From Caulobacteraceae bacterium (GTDB lineage: Bacteria > Pseudomonadota > Alphaproteobacteria > Caulobacterales > Caulobacteraceae): 64,000 nucleotides of DNA. Under the pieces are notes generated by a model. The model searched no databases. It worked only from the letters and a program-made list of their open reading frames with translations, and was not told where the DNA came from. This document shows, piece by piece, positions 1 through 11,027 of this stretch. The stretch is from NCBI GenBank assembly GCA_036384135.1, contig DASVMY010000084.1, positions 45,526 to 109,525 on the forward strand, read 5' to 3'. Numbering within the stretch: position 1 is the stretch's first letter; each line of letters starts with the position of its first letter. The translations under genes were made by a program, and so were the position numbers.

Positions 1-39
1 ACAGGGCAGTCAATTCGCAGGACGGCGCAAGCCCCTCAT

Positions 40-167
40 CCGTCACCCCGGACAAGCCGCGATAGCGGCGCCGATCCGGGGCCGGCCGCGCCAGCTCCTC
101 GCTGGAGGTTGTCTTGGCGCGGGCAGGCCGGCCCCGGCTCTCCGCTGCGCTGCGGCCGGGGTGACGG
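40..167. repeat. Palindromic intergenic repeat element (subfamily B)
   Basis: 12-bp terminal inverted repeat CCGTCACCCCGG (40-51) / CCGGGGTGACGG (156-167). The reverse complement of 130-167 matches 17501-17538 at 34 of 38 positions. Confidence 0.8.
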
Positions 168-170
168 GGC

Positions 171-1037
171 TTACTCCCAGTCCGGCCCCGACACCGTCGC
201 GCTCCACACGCCCAGGCGCCTCATCCGGGCGATATCCTCGCCGGCGCCCAGCCCCCATGGTCCAACCTTCAGCCCAAGCGCCCTCGCCTCCTCCACCCGT
301 TCGGAGGTGACGTCGGTGTAGTAGGGCGACCATTCCATGCCGCCGTGGGCCTTGATCGCCGCCAGGTCGGAGCCGCCGTGGCGGTGAGCGTCGAAACCGT
401 CCGACCACGGAGAGTCGACACCCACAGCGGGCATGGCCCCGCCGGAAAGGTCACGGGGGATCGTGAGGTGGGCCGTGGCGATGGCCGGGTTGCGCTCGGC
501 GGTCATGCGCAGCACCTGCCAGTCGAAGGCGATGATCTTCGAATGGGCCACGTAGTCGTGAGCTTCGATCTGGTCGACAACCGTCCGTGTAAAGAACACC
601 GCGTCGGGCGCCAGGTCCGGATCGGTGGGGTCGGTCTTGATCTCGATGTAGAAAAGGCGCCGAGGTCCGGGCGCGGCCTTAAGCGCTTCAAACAGCTCAT
701 CCAGGGTCGGGATCGCCTCGCCGTCCCAGTGCTGCCGGTGCGGATAGCGGGGATCGACGTCGGTTCCGGGCCTGGCCCGGCCGACGTCGTAGCGTTTCAG
801 TTCCGCCAGCGTCGTGTCCTTCAGGATCGGTCCGCTCCCGGTCAGCCACTCGCCGTTCAGCCGTGTCTGGCGGCGGCTGAGACGGTAGTCGTGGTGGGCG
901 ACCACGGCCCCGTCCGAAGTCATCTGGACGTCGATCTCGATCCCGTCCACCGGCGCCTCGAGGCACCGACGCGCGCCGCCCAGGGTGTTGGACGGCCACA
1001 CGCCATAGCCCGTGGCGCCGGCGATAATCAGAGTCAT
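171..1037 (-). CDS. Glycerophosphodiester phosphodiesterase (GDPD) family protein with a degenerate first catalytic motif
   Basis: GIEIDVQMTSDGAVVAHHD, FYIEIK and IIAFDW match the GDPD TIM barrel. The N-terminal AHRG motif reads AGAT. Confidence 0.8.
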   Translation of the reverse strand: MTLIIAGATGYGVWPSNTLGGARRCLEAPVDGIEIDVQMTSDGAVVAHHDYRLSRRQTRLNGEWLTGSGPILKDTTLAELKRYDVGRARPGTDVDPRYPHRQHWDGEAIPTLDELFEALKAAPGPRRLFYIEIKTDPTDPDLAPDAVFFTRTVVDQIEAHDYVAHSKIIAFDWQVLRMTAERNPAIATAHLTIPRDLSGGAMPAVGVDSPWSDGFDAHRHGGSDLAAIKAHGGMEWSPYYTDVTSERVEEARALGLKVGPWGLGAGEDIARMRRLGVWSATVSGPDWE

Positions 1038-1047
1038 CGGGGAAGGG

Positions 1048-2727
1048 TCATACGCGCAAGACGGTGGTTTCCACCACGGGCCGTCGCTCCCAGATACGGT
1101 AGGCGGCCTTCTTCACCGCCCGGGAGATGGCGGACTCCACCTGGTCGTCATCATCGCGCTGGTCCGACGACAGTTTCTTGAGCGCCGCCTCGGCGTCGTC
1201 CGCCAGATCGTCCAGCAGATCGCCCAGGTTGTCGTCGGTCTCGCCCGGCAAGCCGATGGCGCGGATCTGAGGCCCAGACAGAATCCGGCCCTTGCCGTCC
1301 AGGGCCACGGCGACGCTGAGCATGCCGTTGAAAGCCACGTGCCGGCGCTCGCGCAGGGCGTCGCCGTTCTCCGCCGTCACCATGCCGGCGTCGATGTAGA
1401 GCCGGCCGGCCTGGACCTCGTCGATGATCGCGACCTTGCCCGGCGCCAGGCGGACCATGTCGCCGTTGCGTGGGGCGATGGCCTGGGGCGTCTGCAGGTC
1501 CTTGGCCAGGGCGACGTGCTCCAGCAGGTGGCGCCGCTCGCCGTGGGTAGGTACGGCGATCTCGGGCCTGGCCCACTGGTACATCCGCTTCAGCTCGTCC
1601 CGGCAGGGGTGGCCGGAGACGTGGATGCCCGGGTGGTCGCGCTCGGTGTAGAGGCGCACCCCGCGGTCGGCGAGCTTGTTCTGCAGGTTACGGATCGGGA
1701 TCTCGTTGCCCGGGATCACCCGCGAGGAAAACACGCAGGAATCGCCCTTGCCCAGCTTCACGTGGCTGTGGGAGCCGTCAGCGATCCGCGACAGGGCCGC
1801 CCTCGACTCCCCCTGGCTGCCGGTGCACAGGTAGAGGACCTGGTTGTCCGGGAAGTGGTTGGCCTCGGCGTCGGAGATGAAGGGCTTGACGCCCTGCAGC
1901 AAGCCCACGGACTTGGCCGCCGCCGACATGCGGATCATCGAGCGGCCCACAAGGCAGACCCGCCGGCCATTGGCCTCGGCGGCGCGGATGATGGTGTCCA
2001 TGCGCGCCACGTTGGAGGCGAAGCAGGCGGTGGCCACCTTGCCCTTCAACTGGCCGATCAGGGCGTTGAGGGTCTCGCGCACGTCCGCCTCGGAGCCGGC
2101 CTCACCGTCCACGAAGACGTTGGTGCTGTCGCAGACCATGGCCAGCACGCCCTCGTCGCCCAGCTTGCGAATGGCGGCTTCGTCGGTGGGGGCGCCGGTC
2201 AGCGGGTCGGGGTCGATCTTCCAGTCGCCGGTGTGCAGGATTGTGCCCAGGGGAGTCTTGATCGCCAGGCCATTGGGCTCGGGGATGGAGTGGGTCAGGG
2301 TCAGCAGGGTGACCTCGAAGGGGCCCAGCTCGATGGTCCCGCCCAGCGGCACCTCGGTGATGCTCACCTGGCCAAGCAGGTCCGCCTCGCGCAGCTTTTC
2401 GCGCAGCAGGAAGGCGGTGAAAGGGGTGGCGTAGAGCGGCGCCTTGAGGCGCGGCCACAGCCAGGCCACGGCCCCGATATGGTCCTCGTGGGCGTGGGTC
2501 AGGACGATACCGATGATGTCCTTGGCGTGCGTCTCGATGAAGGTGGGGTCGGGCAGGATGATCTCGACGCCCGGGGTGGTCTGGTCGCCGAAAGTCACGC
2601 CCAGGTCCACCACGATCCACTTGCGGGCGTCCGGCGGGCCAAAGCCATACAGGTTGAAGTTCATCCCGATCTCGTTCGAGCCGCCCAGCGGCAGGAAAAC
2701 GAGTTCGTCTTGTTTTGATTTGGTCAT
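1048..2727 (-). CDS. rnj: Ribonuclease J
   Basis: [19 protein letters not shown] metallo-beta-lactamase motif, HTGDWK and HVSGH. Start placed at MTKSKQDEL. Confidence 0.95.
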   Translation of the reverse strand: MTKSKQDELVFLPLGGSNEIGMNFNLYGFGPPDARKWIVVDLGVTFGDQTTPGVEIILPDPTFIETHAKDIIGIVLTHAHEDHIGAVAWLWPRLKAPLYATPFTAFLLREKLREADLLGQVSITEVPLGGTIELGPFEVTLLTLTHSIPEPNGLAIKTPLGTILHTGDWKIDPDPLTGAPTDEAAIRKLGDEGVLAMVCDSTNVFVDGEAGSEADVRETLNALIGQLKGKVATACFASNVARMDTIIRAAEANGRRVCLVGRSMIRMSAAAKSVGLLQGVKPFISDAEANHFPDNQVLYLCTGSQGESRAALSRIADGSHSHVKLGKGDSCVFSSRVIPGNEIPIRNLQNKLADRGVRLYTERDHPGIHVSGHPCRDELKRMYQWARPEIAVPTHGERRHLLEHVALAKDLQTPQAIAPRNGDMVRLAPGKVAIIDEVQAGRLYIDAGMVTAENGDALRERRHVAFNGMLSVAVALDGKGRILSGPQIRAIGLPGETDDNLGDLLDDLADDAEAALKKLSSDQRDDDDQVESAISRAVKKAAYRIWERRPVVETTVLRV

Positions 2728-3503
2728 TGTTTTCCGAAATGGGGATTGCGCCGATAGATTTCGAGCATCCCCAGGATTGTCAGGTCGTGGTCCCACCGGT
2801 CGATGGCGGCCGTTGCATGTTCGAACAGGCTGGCTACGCCGCCAGTGCCGATCACCGTCATCGGCGCGCCGTACTCCAACTTGATGCGGCTGATCAGCCC
2901 CTCGATCAGGGAGATATAGCCCCAGAACACCCCCGACTGCATGGCCGAGACGGTGTCGGTGCCTATCACATTCTGCGGCCGCTGGATCGCCACGCGCGGC
3001 AAGCGCGCCGCGGCGTTGTGCAGGGCCTGCATGGAAAGGTTGATACCGGGCGCGATCGCCCCGCCTTCGAACGCCCCGTCCGGCGCCACGACGTCAAAGG
3101 TGGTGGCGGTGCCGGAGTCGATCAAGAGCAGCGCGCCGGGATAGGTGATATGCGCCCCGATGGCGTTCACCAGCCGGTCGGCGCCGGCCTCCGAGGGTTT
3201 CTGGATGCGGATCTCGATGCCCAGGTCGACGTTCTCGCCGATCACCATGGGCTCGATATGGAGATAGCGCCGCGCGAGGTTGCGCAGGTTGAAGATCGAC
3301 TGCGGCACCACGCTGGAAATGATGCAGCCATCCAGCGCGCCCAGCGCCAGGCCGGCCATGTTGAGCAGCTGCGAGAGCCAGACGGCGTATTCGTCCGCCG
3401 TCCGCGTCGCCTCCGTCGCCGCGCGCCACTGGGCGATCCAGGTCTCGCCGTCGTGCACGGCGAAGAGGGTGTTGGTGTTGCCCTGTTCGATGGCCAGCAG
3501 CAT
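2724..3503 (-). CDS. coaX: Type III pantothenate kinase
   Basis: [28 protein letters not shown] and GGAIAPG motifs. Start placed at MLLAIEQ. Confidence 0.93.
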   Translation of the reverse strand: MLLAIEQGNTNTLFAVHDGETWIAQWRAATEATRTADEYAVWLSQLLNMAGLALGALDGCIISSVVPQSIFNLRNLARRYLHIEPMVIGENVDLGIEIRIQKPSEAGADRLVNAIGAHITYPGALLLIDSGTATTFDVVAPDGAFEGGAIAPGINLSMQALHNAAARLPRVAIQRPQNVIGTDTVSAMQSGVFWGYISLIEGLISRIKLEYGAPMTVIGTGGVASLFEHATAAIDRWDHDLTILGMLEIYRRNPHFGKQ

Positions 3504-3513
3504 CCGGGCCTCC

Positions 3514-4242
3514 CTAGAAAAACACGTCGCCGGCGGTGATCCGGCGAACCTCGCCGCTGGCCAGCCGGAGGCGCAACGCCCCGTCGCCGTCCAGGCCCTC
3601 GGCCACCCCTTCCAGGGTCTCGTGCGCCAGGCGGGCGGTGCAGTGCTCGCCAAGGCCGTGCGCCCGGGCGGTCCAGGCGTCGGCGATGGCGGCGAAGCCG
3701 GCGCTCTGCCAGAGGGCGCGCCAGCGTTCGAAAGCCTCGGCCAGCACGGCCAGCGCCTCCAGGGGCCTCGGCGGCGGGCCGCGCATGTGTTCGGAAAAGG
3801 CGGCGGCGGGCCGCTCCGACTCCATGGGCGGGGTGGCCAGGTTGACCCCTACCCCCACCGCCAGCCACAGGCCGCCGGCCGGATGAGCGCCGGATTCCAC
3901 CAATATGCCGCTGGCCTTGCGCCCGGCGATCATCGGATCATTGGGCCATTTGAGGCTGACCAGGGCCGGCGGGACGAAGGCCATGGCCAGGTCCGCCACG
4001 GCCAGGGCCGCCACGAAGGAGATCTGGGCTGCCTCCACCGGCGGTTTGGGAGTGACGCACAGCAGGGTGGCGGCCAGGTTGCCGGCGCCCGTCTCCCAGC
4101 TTCGGCCGCGGCGCCCGCGCCCGGCCGTCTGGCGAAGCGCGGTGATCCAGACTGGGCCGGTCTGGCCGGCCTCGGCGCGGCGGCGCGCTTCGGCGTTGGT
4201 GGAGTCGATCTCGTCCAGCGCCTCGATGGGCGGGAACGCCAT
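3514..4242 (-). CDS. birA: Biotin--[acetyl-CoA-carboxylase] ligase without HTH domain
   Basis: [25 protein letters not shown] and ITAGDV motifs. Confidence 0.93.
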   Translation of the reverse strand: MAFPPIEALDEIDSTNAEARRRAEAGQTGPVWITALRQTAGRGRRGRSWETGAGNLAATLLCVTPKPPVEAAQISFVAALAVADLAMAFVPPALVSLKWPNDPMIAGRKASGILVESGAHPAGGLWLAVGVGVNLATPPMESERPAAAFSEHMRGPPPRPLEALAVLAEAFERWRALWQSAGFAAIADAWTARAHGLGEHCTARLAHETLEGVAEGLDGDGALRLRLASGEVRRITAGDVFF

Positions 4243-4246
4243 CGCT

Positions 4247-5680
4247 CTAGCGTGCGCTAAGCGCGACGGCCGCGGCCTGCGCCAGCGGATCGATGACCCT
4301 TAAGGCCACCAGCACCACGGGCATGGCGAAGAGGGCCGCCGAATAGGCCACCACCCTGGCCCCGCCGGCCGGAGCGTCGGTGGAGCCGGGGGCCGGGTCC
4401 AGCCACATCACCTTGATCAGGCGCAGGTAGTAGAAGGCCGCCACCACGCTGCCCACCAAGGCCGCCACGGCCACCGCCGGCATGTAGCCGCCCACGGCGA
4501 TGGCCGCCTTGAAGACGTAGAACTTGCCGAAGAAGCCGCTGAACGGCGGCAAGCCGAGGGCCGACAGCGAGAAGGCGGTCATGGCCAGGGCCAGGGCCGG
4601 GCGCTCCCTCATCAACCCGGCCATGTCGTCCATGGTTTCCATGGCGCGGCCGTCGCGGTTCAGCGCGGCCAGGCAGGCGAAGAAGCCGGTGACGTCGACG
4701 GTGTAGAGCACCATGAACATCAGCATCGACTGCACCCCGGCCGGTCCGCCGGCGGCCAGGCCCACCAGGGCGTAGCCGACGTTGGCGATCGAGGAATAGG
4801 CCCACAGGCGCTTCAGGTTCCTCTGAGCGAGGCCCGCGAAGGCGCCCACGGCCACCGAGGCCAGGGCGATCATCACCAGCACCTGGCGCCACTGGTCGAT
4901 GGCGCCGCCGAAGCCCTCGGTCAGCACCCGCGCCAGCAGCACCATGGCCGCCAGCTTGGGGGCGCCGGCGAAGAAGCCGACGATGGGCGTGGGGGCGCCC
5001 TCATAGACGTCCGGCGTCCACATGTGGAACGGCGCGGCGGAGACCTTGAAGGCCAGGCCGCAGATCAGGAACACCAGGCCAAACAGCACCCCGGCGCCGG
5101 CGTGCGCCTGGACCACATGGGCGATGACGTCGAACCGGGTCGAGCCGGCGAAGCCATAGATCAGCGAGGCGCCGTAGAGCAGCAGGCCGGACGAGAGCGC
5201 GCCGAGGACGAAATACTTCAGCCCGGCTTCCGAGCTCTTGGCGTCGTCGCGTTGGAAAGCGGCCAGGATGTAGAGCGCCAGGGACTGCAGCTCGACGCCC
5301 ACATAGAGCGAGATCAGGTCGCCGGCCGAGGCCATCATGCCCATGCCCAGCGCGGCCAGGATCACCAGCACCGGAAACTCGAACCGCTCCGTTCCGCGCT
5401 GCTTCATCCACGCGTCGCCGAGCGGGATGGCCACGGCGCTGGCGGCGTAGATCACCACCTTGGCGAAGACCGATATCTGGTCGGCCACCAGCCCGCCGGA
5501 GAAGGCGCGGCCCATCGGGCCGGCGGCGGCGATCACAGCGCCGGCGGCCAGCACTAGCATGGCGGCCAGGGAGAACAGCGCCCCGCCGCGGCTGACGAAG
5601 GCGCCGACCATCAGCAGGGTCAGGGCGCCAAGGGCCAGGACGATCTCGGGTCCGGCGAGGGAGAAGGCGTCGGTCAGCAT
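4247..5680 (-). CDS. nuoN: NADH-quinone oxidoreductase subunit N
   Basis: ELQSL, SSEAGLKYF, FKVSAAPFHMWTPDVYEGAP and GFFGKF motifs; last gene of the nuo operon. Confidence 0.97.
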   Translation of the reverse strand: MLTDAFSLAGPEIVLALGALTLLMVGAFVSRGGALFSLAAMLVLAAGAVIAAAGPMGRAFSGGLVADQISVFAKVVIYAASAVAIPLGDAWMKQRGTERFEFPVLVILAALGMGMMASAGDLISLYVGVELQSLALYILAAFQRDDAKSSEAGLKYFVLGALSSGLLLYGASLIYGFAGSTRFDVIAHVVQAHAGAGVLFGLVFLICGLAFKVSAAPFHMWTPDVYEGAPTPIVGFFAGAPKLAAMVLLARVLTEGFGGAIDQWRQVLVMIALASVAVGAFAGLAQRNLKRLWAYSSIANVGYALVGLAAGGPAGVQSMLMFMVLYTVDVTGFFACLAALNRDGRAMETMDDMAGLMRERPALALAMTAFSLSALGLPPFSGFFGKFYVFKAAIAVGGYMPAVAVAALVGSVVAAFYYLRLIKVMWLDPAPGSTDAPAGGARVVAYSAALFAMPVVLVALRVIDPLAQAAAVALSAR

Positions 5681-5691
5681 CGGGCGCTCCC

Positions 5692-7182
5692 CTACTTGCC
5701 GGCCGCCGCGGCGTAGGCCGCGACGAGGTGATCGATGGAGGCGTTCGTCAGGTGGAACACCAGGTTCGGCTGCAGGCCCAGGACGAAGGTGCCGATGATC
5801 AGCGGAGCGAAGATCCAGACCTCGCGCTGATCAAGATCGCCGATCGTGGCCAGGGCCGGGTTTGTGATCGTGCCGAAGATCACGCGGCGATAGACGGTGA
5901 GCGCATAGACCGCCGACAGGATCACGCCGGTGGCGGCGACCACCGCCGTCCAGGTGGAGGCGTGGTAGGTCCCGGTCATGGTCAGTATCTCGCCGACGAA
6001 GCCGCTGGTGCCGGGCAGGCCGACATTGCCCATGGTGAACAGCATGAACACCGCCGCGTACCAGGGCATACGGTTCACCAGCCCGCCGTAGAAGGCGATC
6101 TCGCGGGTGTGCATGCGGTCGTAGACGACGCCGACGCAGAGGAAGAGTGCGCCGCTGATCACGCCGTGGCTGAGCATCTGGAACAGGGCGCCCTGCTCGC
6201 CCTGCAGGTTGCCGCTGAAGATGCCCATGGTCACGAAGCCCATGTGCGCCACCGAGGAATAGGCGATCAGCTTCTTGATGTCGGTCTGCCGGAACGCCAC
6301 CAGTGAGGTGTAGACGATGGCGATCACCGACAGGGCGAAGATCAGGGGCGTGAACTGGTGGCTGGCGTCCGGGAACATGGGGATCGAGAACCGCATGAAG
6401 CCGTAGCCGCCCATTTTCAGCAGGATGCCGGCCAGGATCACCGAACCGGCGGTGGGCGCCTCCACGTGCGCGTCGGGCAGCCAGGTGTGCACCGGCCACA
6501 TCGGCATCTTCACCGCGAAGGAGGCGAAGAAGGCCAGCCAGAACCAGGTCTGCGCCTGCGGGGCGAACCTGTAGGCCATCAGCTCCGGAATGCTGGAGGT
6601 GTGGGCGATCATGATCATGGCCAGGATCGCGGCCAGCATCAGCACCGAACCCAGCAGGGTGTAGAGGAAGAACTTGAAGGCCGCATAGACCCGGTTCTTG
6701 CCCCCCCAGATGCCGATGATCAGGAACATCGGGATCAGCTGCCCCTCGAAGAACAGGTAGAACAGGATCAGGTCGAGCGCGCAGAAGACGCCGATTACCA
6801 GGGTCTCAAGGACCAGGAAGGCGATCATGTATTCGAAGACGCGGTCCTCGATCGTTTTCCAGCTGGCCATGATGCACAGCGGCATCAGGAAGGCGGTCAG
6901 CAGCACGAACAGCACCGAGATGCCGTCCACGCCCATTCGGTAGTGCAGGCCGGCGAACCAGGCGCCGTCTTCCACGAACTGGAAGCCGCTCTGGCCAGCG
7001 TCGAATTTCCACACCACCACGATGGACAGGGCCAGGGTGGCCAAGGTGGTTGCCAGTGCGATCCACTTGGACGCGTTCACCGCGCGCGGATCGTCCGCCT
7101 TGCCGGTCATCCGCAAGAGCAGGATGGCGGCGACGCCGATCAGCGGCGCGAAGGTGGTCAGGGAGAGGATGCCGGCCATCAT
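5692..7182 (-). CDS. nuoM: NADH-quinone oxidoreductase subunit M
   Basis: [24 protein letters not shown] and [15 protein letters not shown] motifs. Confidence 0.97.
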   Translation of the reverse strand: MMAGILSLTTFAPLIGVAAILLLRMTGKADDPRAVNASKWIALATTLATLALSIVVVWKFDAGQSGFQFVEDGAWFAGLHYRMGVDGISVLFVLLTAFLMPLCIMASWKTIEDRVFEYMIAFLVLETLVIGVFCALDLILFYLFFEGQLIPMFLIIGIWGGKNRVYAAFKFFLYTLLGSVLMLAAILAMIMIAHTSSIPELMAYRFAPQAQTWFWLAFFASFAVKMPMWPVHTWLPDAHVEAPTAGSVILAGILLKMGGYGFMRFSIPMFPDASHQFTPLIFALSVIAIVYTSLVAFRQTDIKKLIAYSSVAHMGFVTMGIFSGNLQGEQGALFQMLSHGVISGALFLCVGVVYDRMHTREIAFYGGLVNRMPWYAAVFMLFTMGNVGLPGTSGFVGEILTMTGTYHASTWTAVVAATGVILSAVYALTVYRRVIFGTITNPALATIGDLDQREVWIFAPLIIGTFVLGLQPNLVFHLTNASIDHLVAAYAAAAGK

Positions 7183-9230
7183 GAGAAACTATACAGGGCG
7201 AAGGTGAGCAGGGCCGCCACGCCCAGCAGCATGACGAAGGCGTAGTGGTAGACGTAGCCGGTCTGCAAACGCCCGGTCCCCTTGCCCACGGCATAGGTCA
7301 CCGCCGAGACGCCGTCGGGGCCAAGCCCGTCGATCAGCTTCTGGTCGCCGCCCTTCCAGAACAGGTCGCCCAAGAACATGGCGGCGCGGACGAAGGTGGC
7401 GTCGTACAGCTCGTCGAAGAACCACTTGTTGTAGAGGAAGGTCCACAGCGGGCCCTTGCGCGCCGCGATCCGCGCGCCGACGCCCTCGTAGCGGATGTAG
7501 GTCAGCCAGGCGATGGCCAGGCCGGAGACGGTCACCGCCAGCGGCGCCCAGACCACCCAGGCCGGCAGCTTGCCCTCGTAGTCCAGCACATGGTTGGACG
7601 GCAGGTTGAAGATCGATCCGCGCCAGAACTCGGTACGCGCCTCGCCGACAAACAGGTTGTGGAAGGCGTAGCCGGCGCCCACCGCGCCCACTGCCAGGGC
7701 CAGTAGCGGGATCAGGACGACCCAGGGGCTCTCGTGCGGGGTGTGGTCGCCGTGGCCATGTGCGTCGTGGCCATGGTCGTCGTGGCCATGGTCATCGTGA
7801 GCATCGTGGCCATGGTCCGCGTGCGCGTCGTGGCCCCACTTGGCGTGGCCATGGAAGGTCATGAACACCAGGCGCCAGGAGTAGAACGAGGTCAGGCCGG
7901 CGGCGAACAGGCCGATCAGGAAAGCGAAGTAGCTGAGCGCGCTGGTCTTGCCGGCCATGTAGGCGGCGTTGATGATCGCGTCCTTGGAATAGAAGCCGGC
8001 GAAGCCCAGCTCGATCCCCGGGATGCCGACGCCGGTGATGGCCAGGGTGCCGACCAGCATCACGGCGTAGGTGACGGGCATGTACTTCCACAGCCCGCCC
8101 ATCTTCCGCATGTCCTGCTCGTGGTGCATGCCCATGATCACCGAGCCCGCGCCAAGGAACAGCAGCGCCTTGAAAAAGGCGTGGGTGAACAGGTGGAACA
8201 TGCCGCCCTGGTAGGCGCCGACGCCGGCGGCGAAGAACATGTAGCCCAACTGCGAACAGGTCGAGTAGGCGATCACCCGCTTGATGTCGTTCTGCGCCAG
8301 GCCGACCGTGGCGGCGAACAGGGCCGTCACCGCCCCGATCAGGGTGACGATGGCCTTGGCCGTGGGGGCGTATTCGAACATCGGCGACAGCAGGCAAACC
8401 ATGTAGACGCCGGCGGTGACCATGGTCGCGGCGTGGATCAGGGCGCTGACCGGGGTCGGGCCTTCCATGGCGTCCGGCAGCCAGGTGTGCAGGAAGAACT
8501 GGGCCGACTTGCCCATGGCGCCCACGAACAGCAGGGCGCAGGCCAGGTCCAGCAGCCGCCAGCTCTGGCCGGCGAAGTCCCAGCTGACGTTGGCATGCGA
8601 GGCTGCCATCGGGAAGATCTCGGCGAACCGGATGGTCCCGAAGGCCCAGAACACCGTCATGATGCCCAGCGCGAAGCCGAAGTCGCCGATCCGGTTGACC
8701 ACGAAGGCCTTGATGGCGGCGGCGTTGGCGGTGGGCTTGTGGTACCAGAAGCCGATCAAGAGGTAGCTGGCCAGCCCCACCCCTTCCCAGCCGAAGAACA
8801 GCTGCATGAAGTCGGCGGCCGTCACCAGGGCCAGCATGGCAAAGGTGAACAGCGACAGGTAGGCGAAGAACCGCGGCTTGTGCTCGTCCTCGGCCATATA
8901 GCCCCAGGAATAGAGGTGCACGAGGGACGATACCGTCGTCACCACCACCAGCATCACCGCCGACAGGGTGTCGATACGAACGCTCCAGTCGGACTGGAAC
9001 TTGCCGACGTTGATGAAGGGCGCGACGTGGGCGGTGAAGTGATCGGGCCAGGCGTGCCAGAGCACGTTGGTGAAAACGGTCCAGGACAGCAGGCAGGCGA
9101 AGAACAGCAGGCCGGTGGTCACGGCCATCGACGCCCGCTCGCCGATGCGGCGGCCGAACAGCCCGGCGATAGTTGCCCCCAGCAGGGGCGCGAAAACCAG
9201 GGCGGTGACGATATGCTGAGGGGTGTTCAT
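7179..9230 (-). CDS. nuoL: NADH-quinone oxidoreductase subunit L
   Basis: [47 protein letters not shown] and [10 protein letters not shown] motifs. Confidence 0.97.
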   Translation of the reverse strand: MNTPQHIVTALVFAPLLGATIAGLFGRRIGERASMAVTTGLLFFACLLSWTVFTNVLWHAWPDHFTAHVAPFINVGKFQSDWSVRIDTLSAVMLVVVTTVSSLVHLYSWGYMAEDEHKPRFFAYLSLFTFAMLALVTAADFMQLFFGWEGVGLASYLLIGFWYHKPTANAAAIKAFVVNRIGDFGFALGIMTVFWAFGTIRFAEIFPMAASHANVSWDFAGQSWRLLDLACALLFVGAMGKSAQFFLHTWLPDAMEGPTPVSALIHAATMVTAGVYMVCLLSPMFEYAPTAKAIVTLIGAVTALFAATVGLAQNDIKRVIAYSTCSQLGYMFFAAGVGAYQGGMFHLFTHAFFKALLFLGAGSVIMGMHHEQDMRKMGGLWKYMPVTYAVMLVGTLAITGVGIPGIELGFAGFYSKDAIINAAYMAGKTSALSYFAFLIGLFAAGLTSFYSWRLVFMTFHGHAKWGHDAHADHGHDAHDDHGHDDHGHDAHGHGDHTPHESPWVVLIPLLALAVGAVGAGYAFHNLFVGEARTEFWRGSIFNLPSNHVLDYEGKLPAWVVWAPLAVTVSGLAIAWLTYIRYEGVGARIAARKGPLWTFLYNKWFFDELYDATFVRAAMFLGDLFWKGGDQKLIDGLGPDGVSAVTYAVGKGTGRLQTGYVYHYAFVMLLGVAALLTFALYSFS
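7745..7836 (-). repeat. In-frame His/Asp-rich tandem repeat within nuoL
   Basis: Degenerate ~15-bp units encoding [31 protein letters not shown]. Confidence 0.8.
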
Positions 9231-9231
9231 C

Positions 9232-9540
9232 TCAGCCTTTCATCACCGAGGCGTCGTCCACGGCGATGTCGCCGCGGTTGCGGAAGAAGGTCACCAGGAT
9301 GGCCAGGCCCACGGCCGCCTCGGCGGCGGCCACGGTGAGCACGAACATGGCGTAGATCTGGCCCACCACGTCGTGCAGGAAGACCGAGAAGCTGACCAGG
9401 TTGATGTTCACCGCCAGCAGGATCAGCTCGATCGACATCAGGATAACGATGACGTTCTTGCGGTTCACGAAGATCCCGAACACCCCGATGGTGAACAGGA
9501 TCGCGGCCACCGTCAGATAGTTCGCAAGGCCGATGGTCAT
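9232..9540 (-). CDS. nuoK: NADH-quinone oxidoreductase subunit K
   Basis: [17 protein letters not shown] and [12 protein letters not shown] motifs. Confidence 0.97.
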   Translation of the reverse strand: MTIGLANYLTVAAILFTIGVFGIFVNRKNVIVILMSIELILLAVNINLVSFSVFLHDVVGQIYAMFVLTVAAAEAAVGLAILVTFFRNRGDIAVDDASVMKG

Positions 9541-10154
9541 GCCTCGATCCCTTCGCCGGATTTGATGGTGACGTTGCGCATTCCCGTGGCCGGGGTGCGC
9601 GCGACCTGGGCCGAAATGTCCTGGCGCTTGACGCCGGTGCGGTGCTTGAGGGTGAGCACGATGGCGCCGATCATGGCCACCAGCAGCACAAGGCCCGCAG
9701 CCTGGAAGAAGTAGATGTAGTCGGTGTAGAGCACCCGGCCGATGGTCTCGGCGTTGCTGACGTCCGGGATCGAGGCCATCGGCCCGCCGGTCACCTTCGA
9801 GGTGGCGCCGTCGGCGGCCACCTTCAGCGTCACCACCACCATCTCAATGGTCAAGACCAGGGCGACCAGGCCGCCCAGCGGCAGGTACCTGGCGAAGCCC
9901 TGGCGCAGGGCCGCGAAGTCCACGTCCAGCATCATGACCACGAACAGGAACAGCACAGCCACGGCGCCGACGTAGACCACCACCAGCAGCATCGCCAGGA
10001 ACTCGGCCCCCAGCATCACGAACAGGCCGGCGGCGGAAAAGAACGACGTGATCAGGAACAGCACCGAATGCACAGGATTGCGCGCCGAGACGACCCCCAG
10101 CGCGGCCCCGACGGTGCCGGCGGCAAGCAGGTAGAAGGCGATGGCCTGCAACAT
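9537..10154 (-). CDS. nuoJ: NADH-quinone oxidoreductase subunit J
   Basis: NPVHSVLFL and [17 protein letters not shown] motifs. Confidence 0.97.
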   Translation of the reverse strand: MLQAIAFYLLAAGTVGAALGVVSARNPVHSVLFLITSFFSAAGLFVMLGAEFLAMLLVVVYVGAVAVLFLFVVMMLDVDFAALRQGFARYLPLGGLVALVLTIEMVVVTLKVAADGATSKVTGGPMASIPDVSNAETIGRVLYTDYIYFFQAAGLVLLVAMIGAIVLTLKHRTGVKRQDISAQVARTPATGMRNVTIKSGEGIEA

Positions 10155-10303
10155 GGGCCTGGTCGAACTCCGTCTCTCAAGCGCGCTGGGGTGAGGCGCG
10201 ACGCCCCGCCCTGAGTCGCGGTCTGCTCATAGCGCGTTCGGACCGCGAGGGAACAGGCCCCCTTGCCCGAACAGGCCCAATCTTTTCCAACCCCCCGCCG
10301 CCC

Positions 10304-10795
10304 TCAGCGGTACGGCGCGTCCAGCTCCAGGTTCTTGGCGATCTGCCGTTCCCAGCGGTCGCCGTTCGCCAGCAGGCGGTCCTTGTCGTAGTAGAGCTCC
10401 TCGCGGGTCTCCACGGCGTATTCGATGTTCGGACCCTCGACGATGGCGTCCACCGGGCAGGCCTCCTGGCACAGGCCGCAGTAGATGCATTTGACCATGT
10501 CGATGTCGTAGCGGGTGGTGCGGCGGCTGCCGTCGGCGCGGGGCTCGGCCTCGATGGTGATGGCCTGAGCCGGGCAGATGGCCTCGCACAGCTTGCAGGC
10601 GATGCAGCGCTCTTCCCCGTTGGGATAGCGGCGCAGGGCGTGCTCGCCGCGGAAGCGGGGCGACTGGGGATTGCGCTCGTTGGGATAGAGCACCGTGGCC
10701 TTGGGCCGGGCCATGTACTTCAGGGCGAGCCAGAAGGCGCCGCCGAAGTCCATCAGGGCCGCGCCCCTCACCGCCTGGTTGATGCGTTGAAACAT
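10304..10795 (-). CDS. nuoI: NADH-quinone oxidoreductase subunit I
   Basis: Two 4Fe-4S motifs, [12 protein letters not shown] and [12 protein letters not shown]. Confidence 0.97.
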   Translation of the reverse strand: MFQRINQAVRGAALMDFGGAFWLALKYMARPKATVLYPNERNPQSPRFRGEHALRRYPNGEERCIACKLCEAICPAQAITIEAEPRADGSRRTTRYDIDMVKCIYCGLCQEACPVDAIVEGPNIEYAVETREELYYDKDRLLANGDRWERQIAKNLELDAPYR

Positions 10796-10802
10796 GGCCG
10801 GG

Positions 10803-11027
10803 CTATTTCCCCTTACCCATCTTGCATTCGTAGTCGCTCAGCTCGGTGGCGTCGCCGCCGCTCTTCAGGGCGATCTCGCCGCCGCGAGCCTTGCAGGCCT
10901 CGCTGGCCTTCTTGACGGCGTCGTAGTTGGCGTCGCCTTCCTGCAGGCTGTAGTTGGCGTTCGAGGCGCAGGCGCCCAGCGCCAGGGCGGCCGCGGTCAA
11001 CAGGGTCAAGGCGCGCGCGCGGATCAT
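10803..11027 (-). CDS. Small predicted lipoprotein (74 aa) inserted between nuoH and nuoI
   Basis: [20 protein letters not shown] is a signal peptide with an LGAC lipobox. The ATG overlaps the nuoH TGA (TGATG), and there are two further Cys. Confidence 0.75.
   Translation of the reverse strand: MIRARALTLLTAAALALGACASNANYSLQEGDANYDAVKKASEACKARGGEIALKSGGDATELSDYECKMGKGK

Noticed and set aside
3470-3503. CoaX motif EQGNT instead of DxGNT
   Set aside because: It is a conservative Asp-to-Glu change that I recall as typical of Caulobacter-type CoaX, and all other motifs are intact.
7745-7836. His-rich insert in NuoL as a novel metal-binding module
   Set aside because: His-rich loops before the HESP motif are common in alphaproteobacterial NuoL. 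Listed as a feature only.
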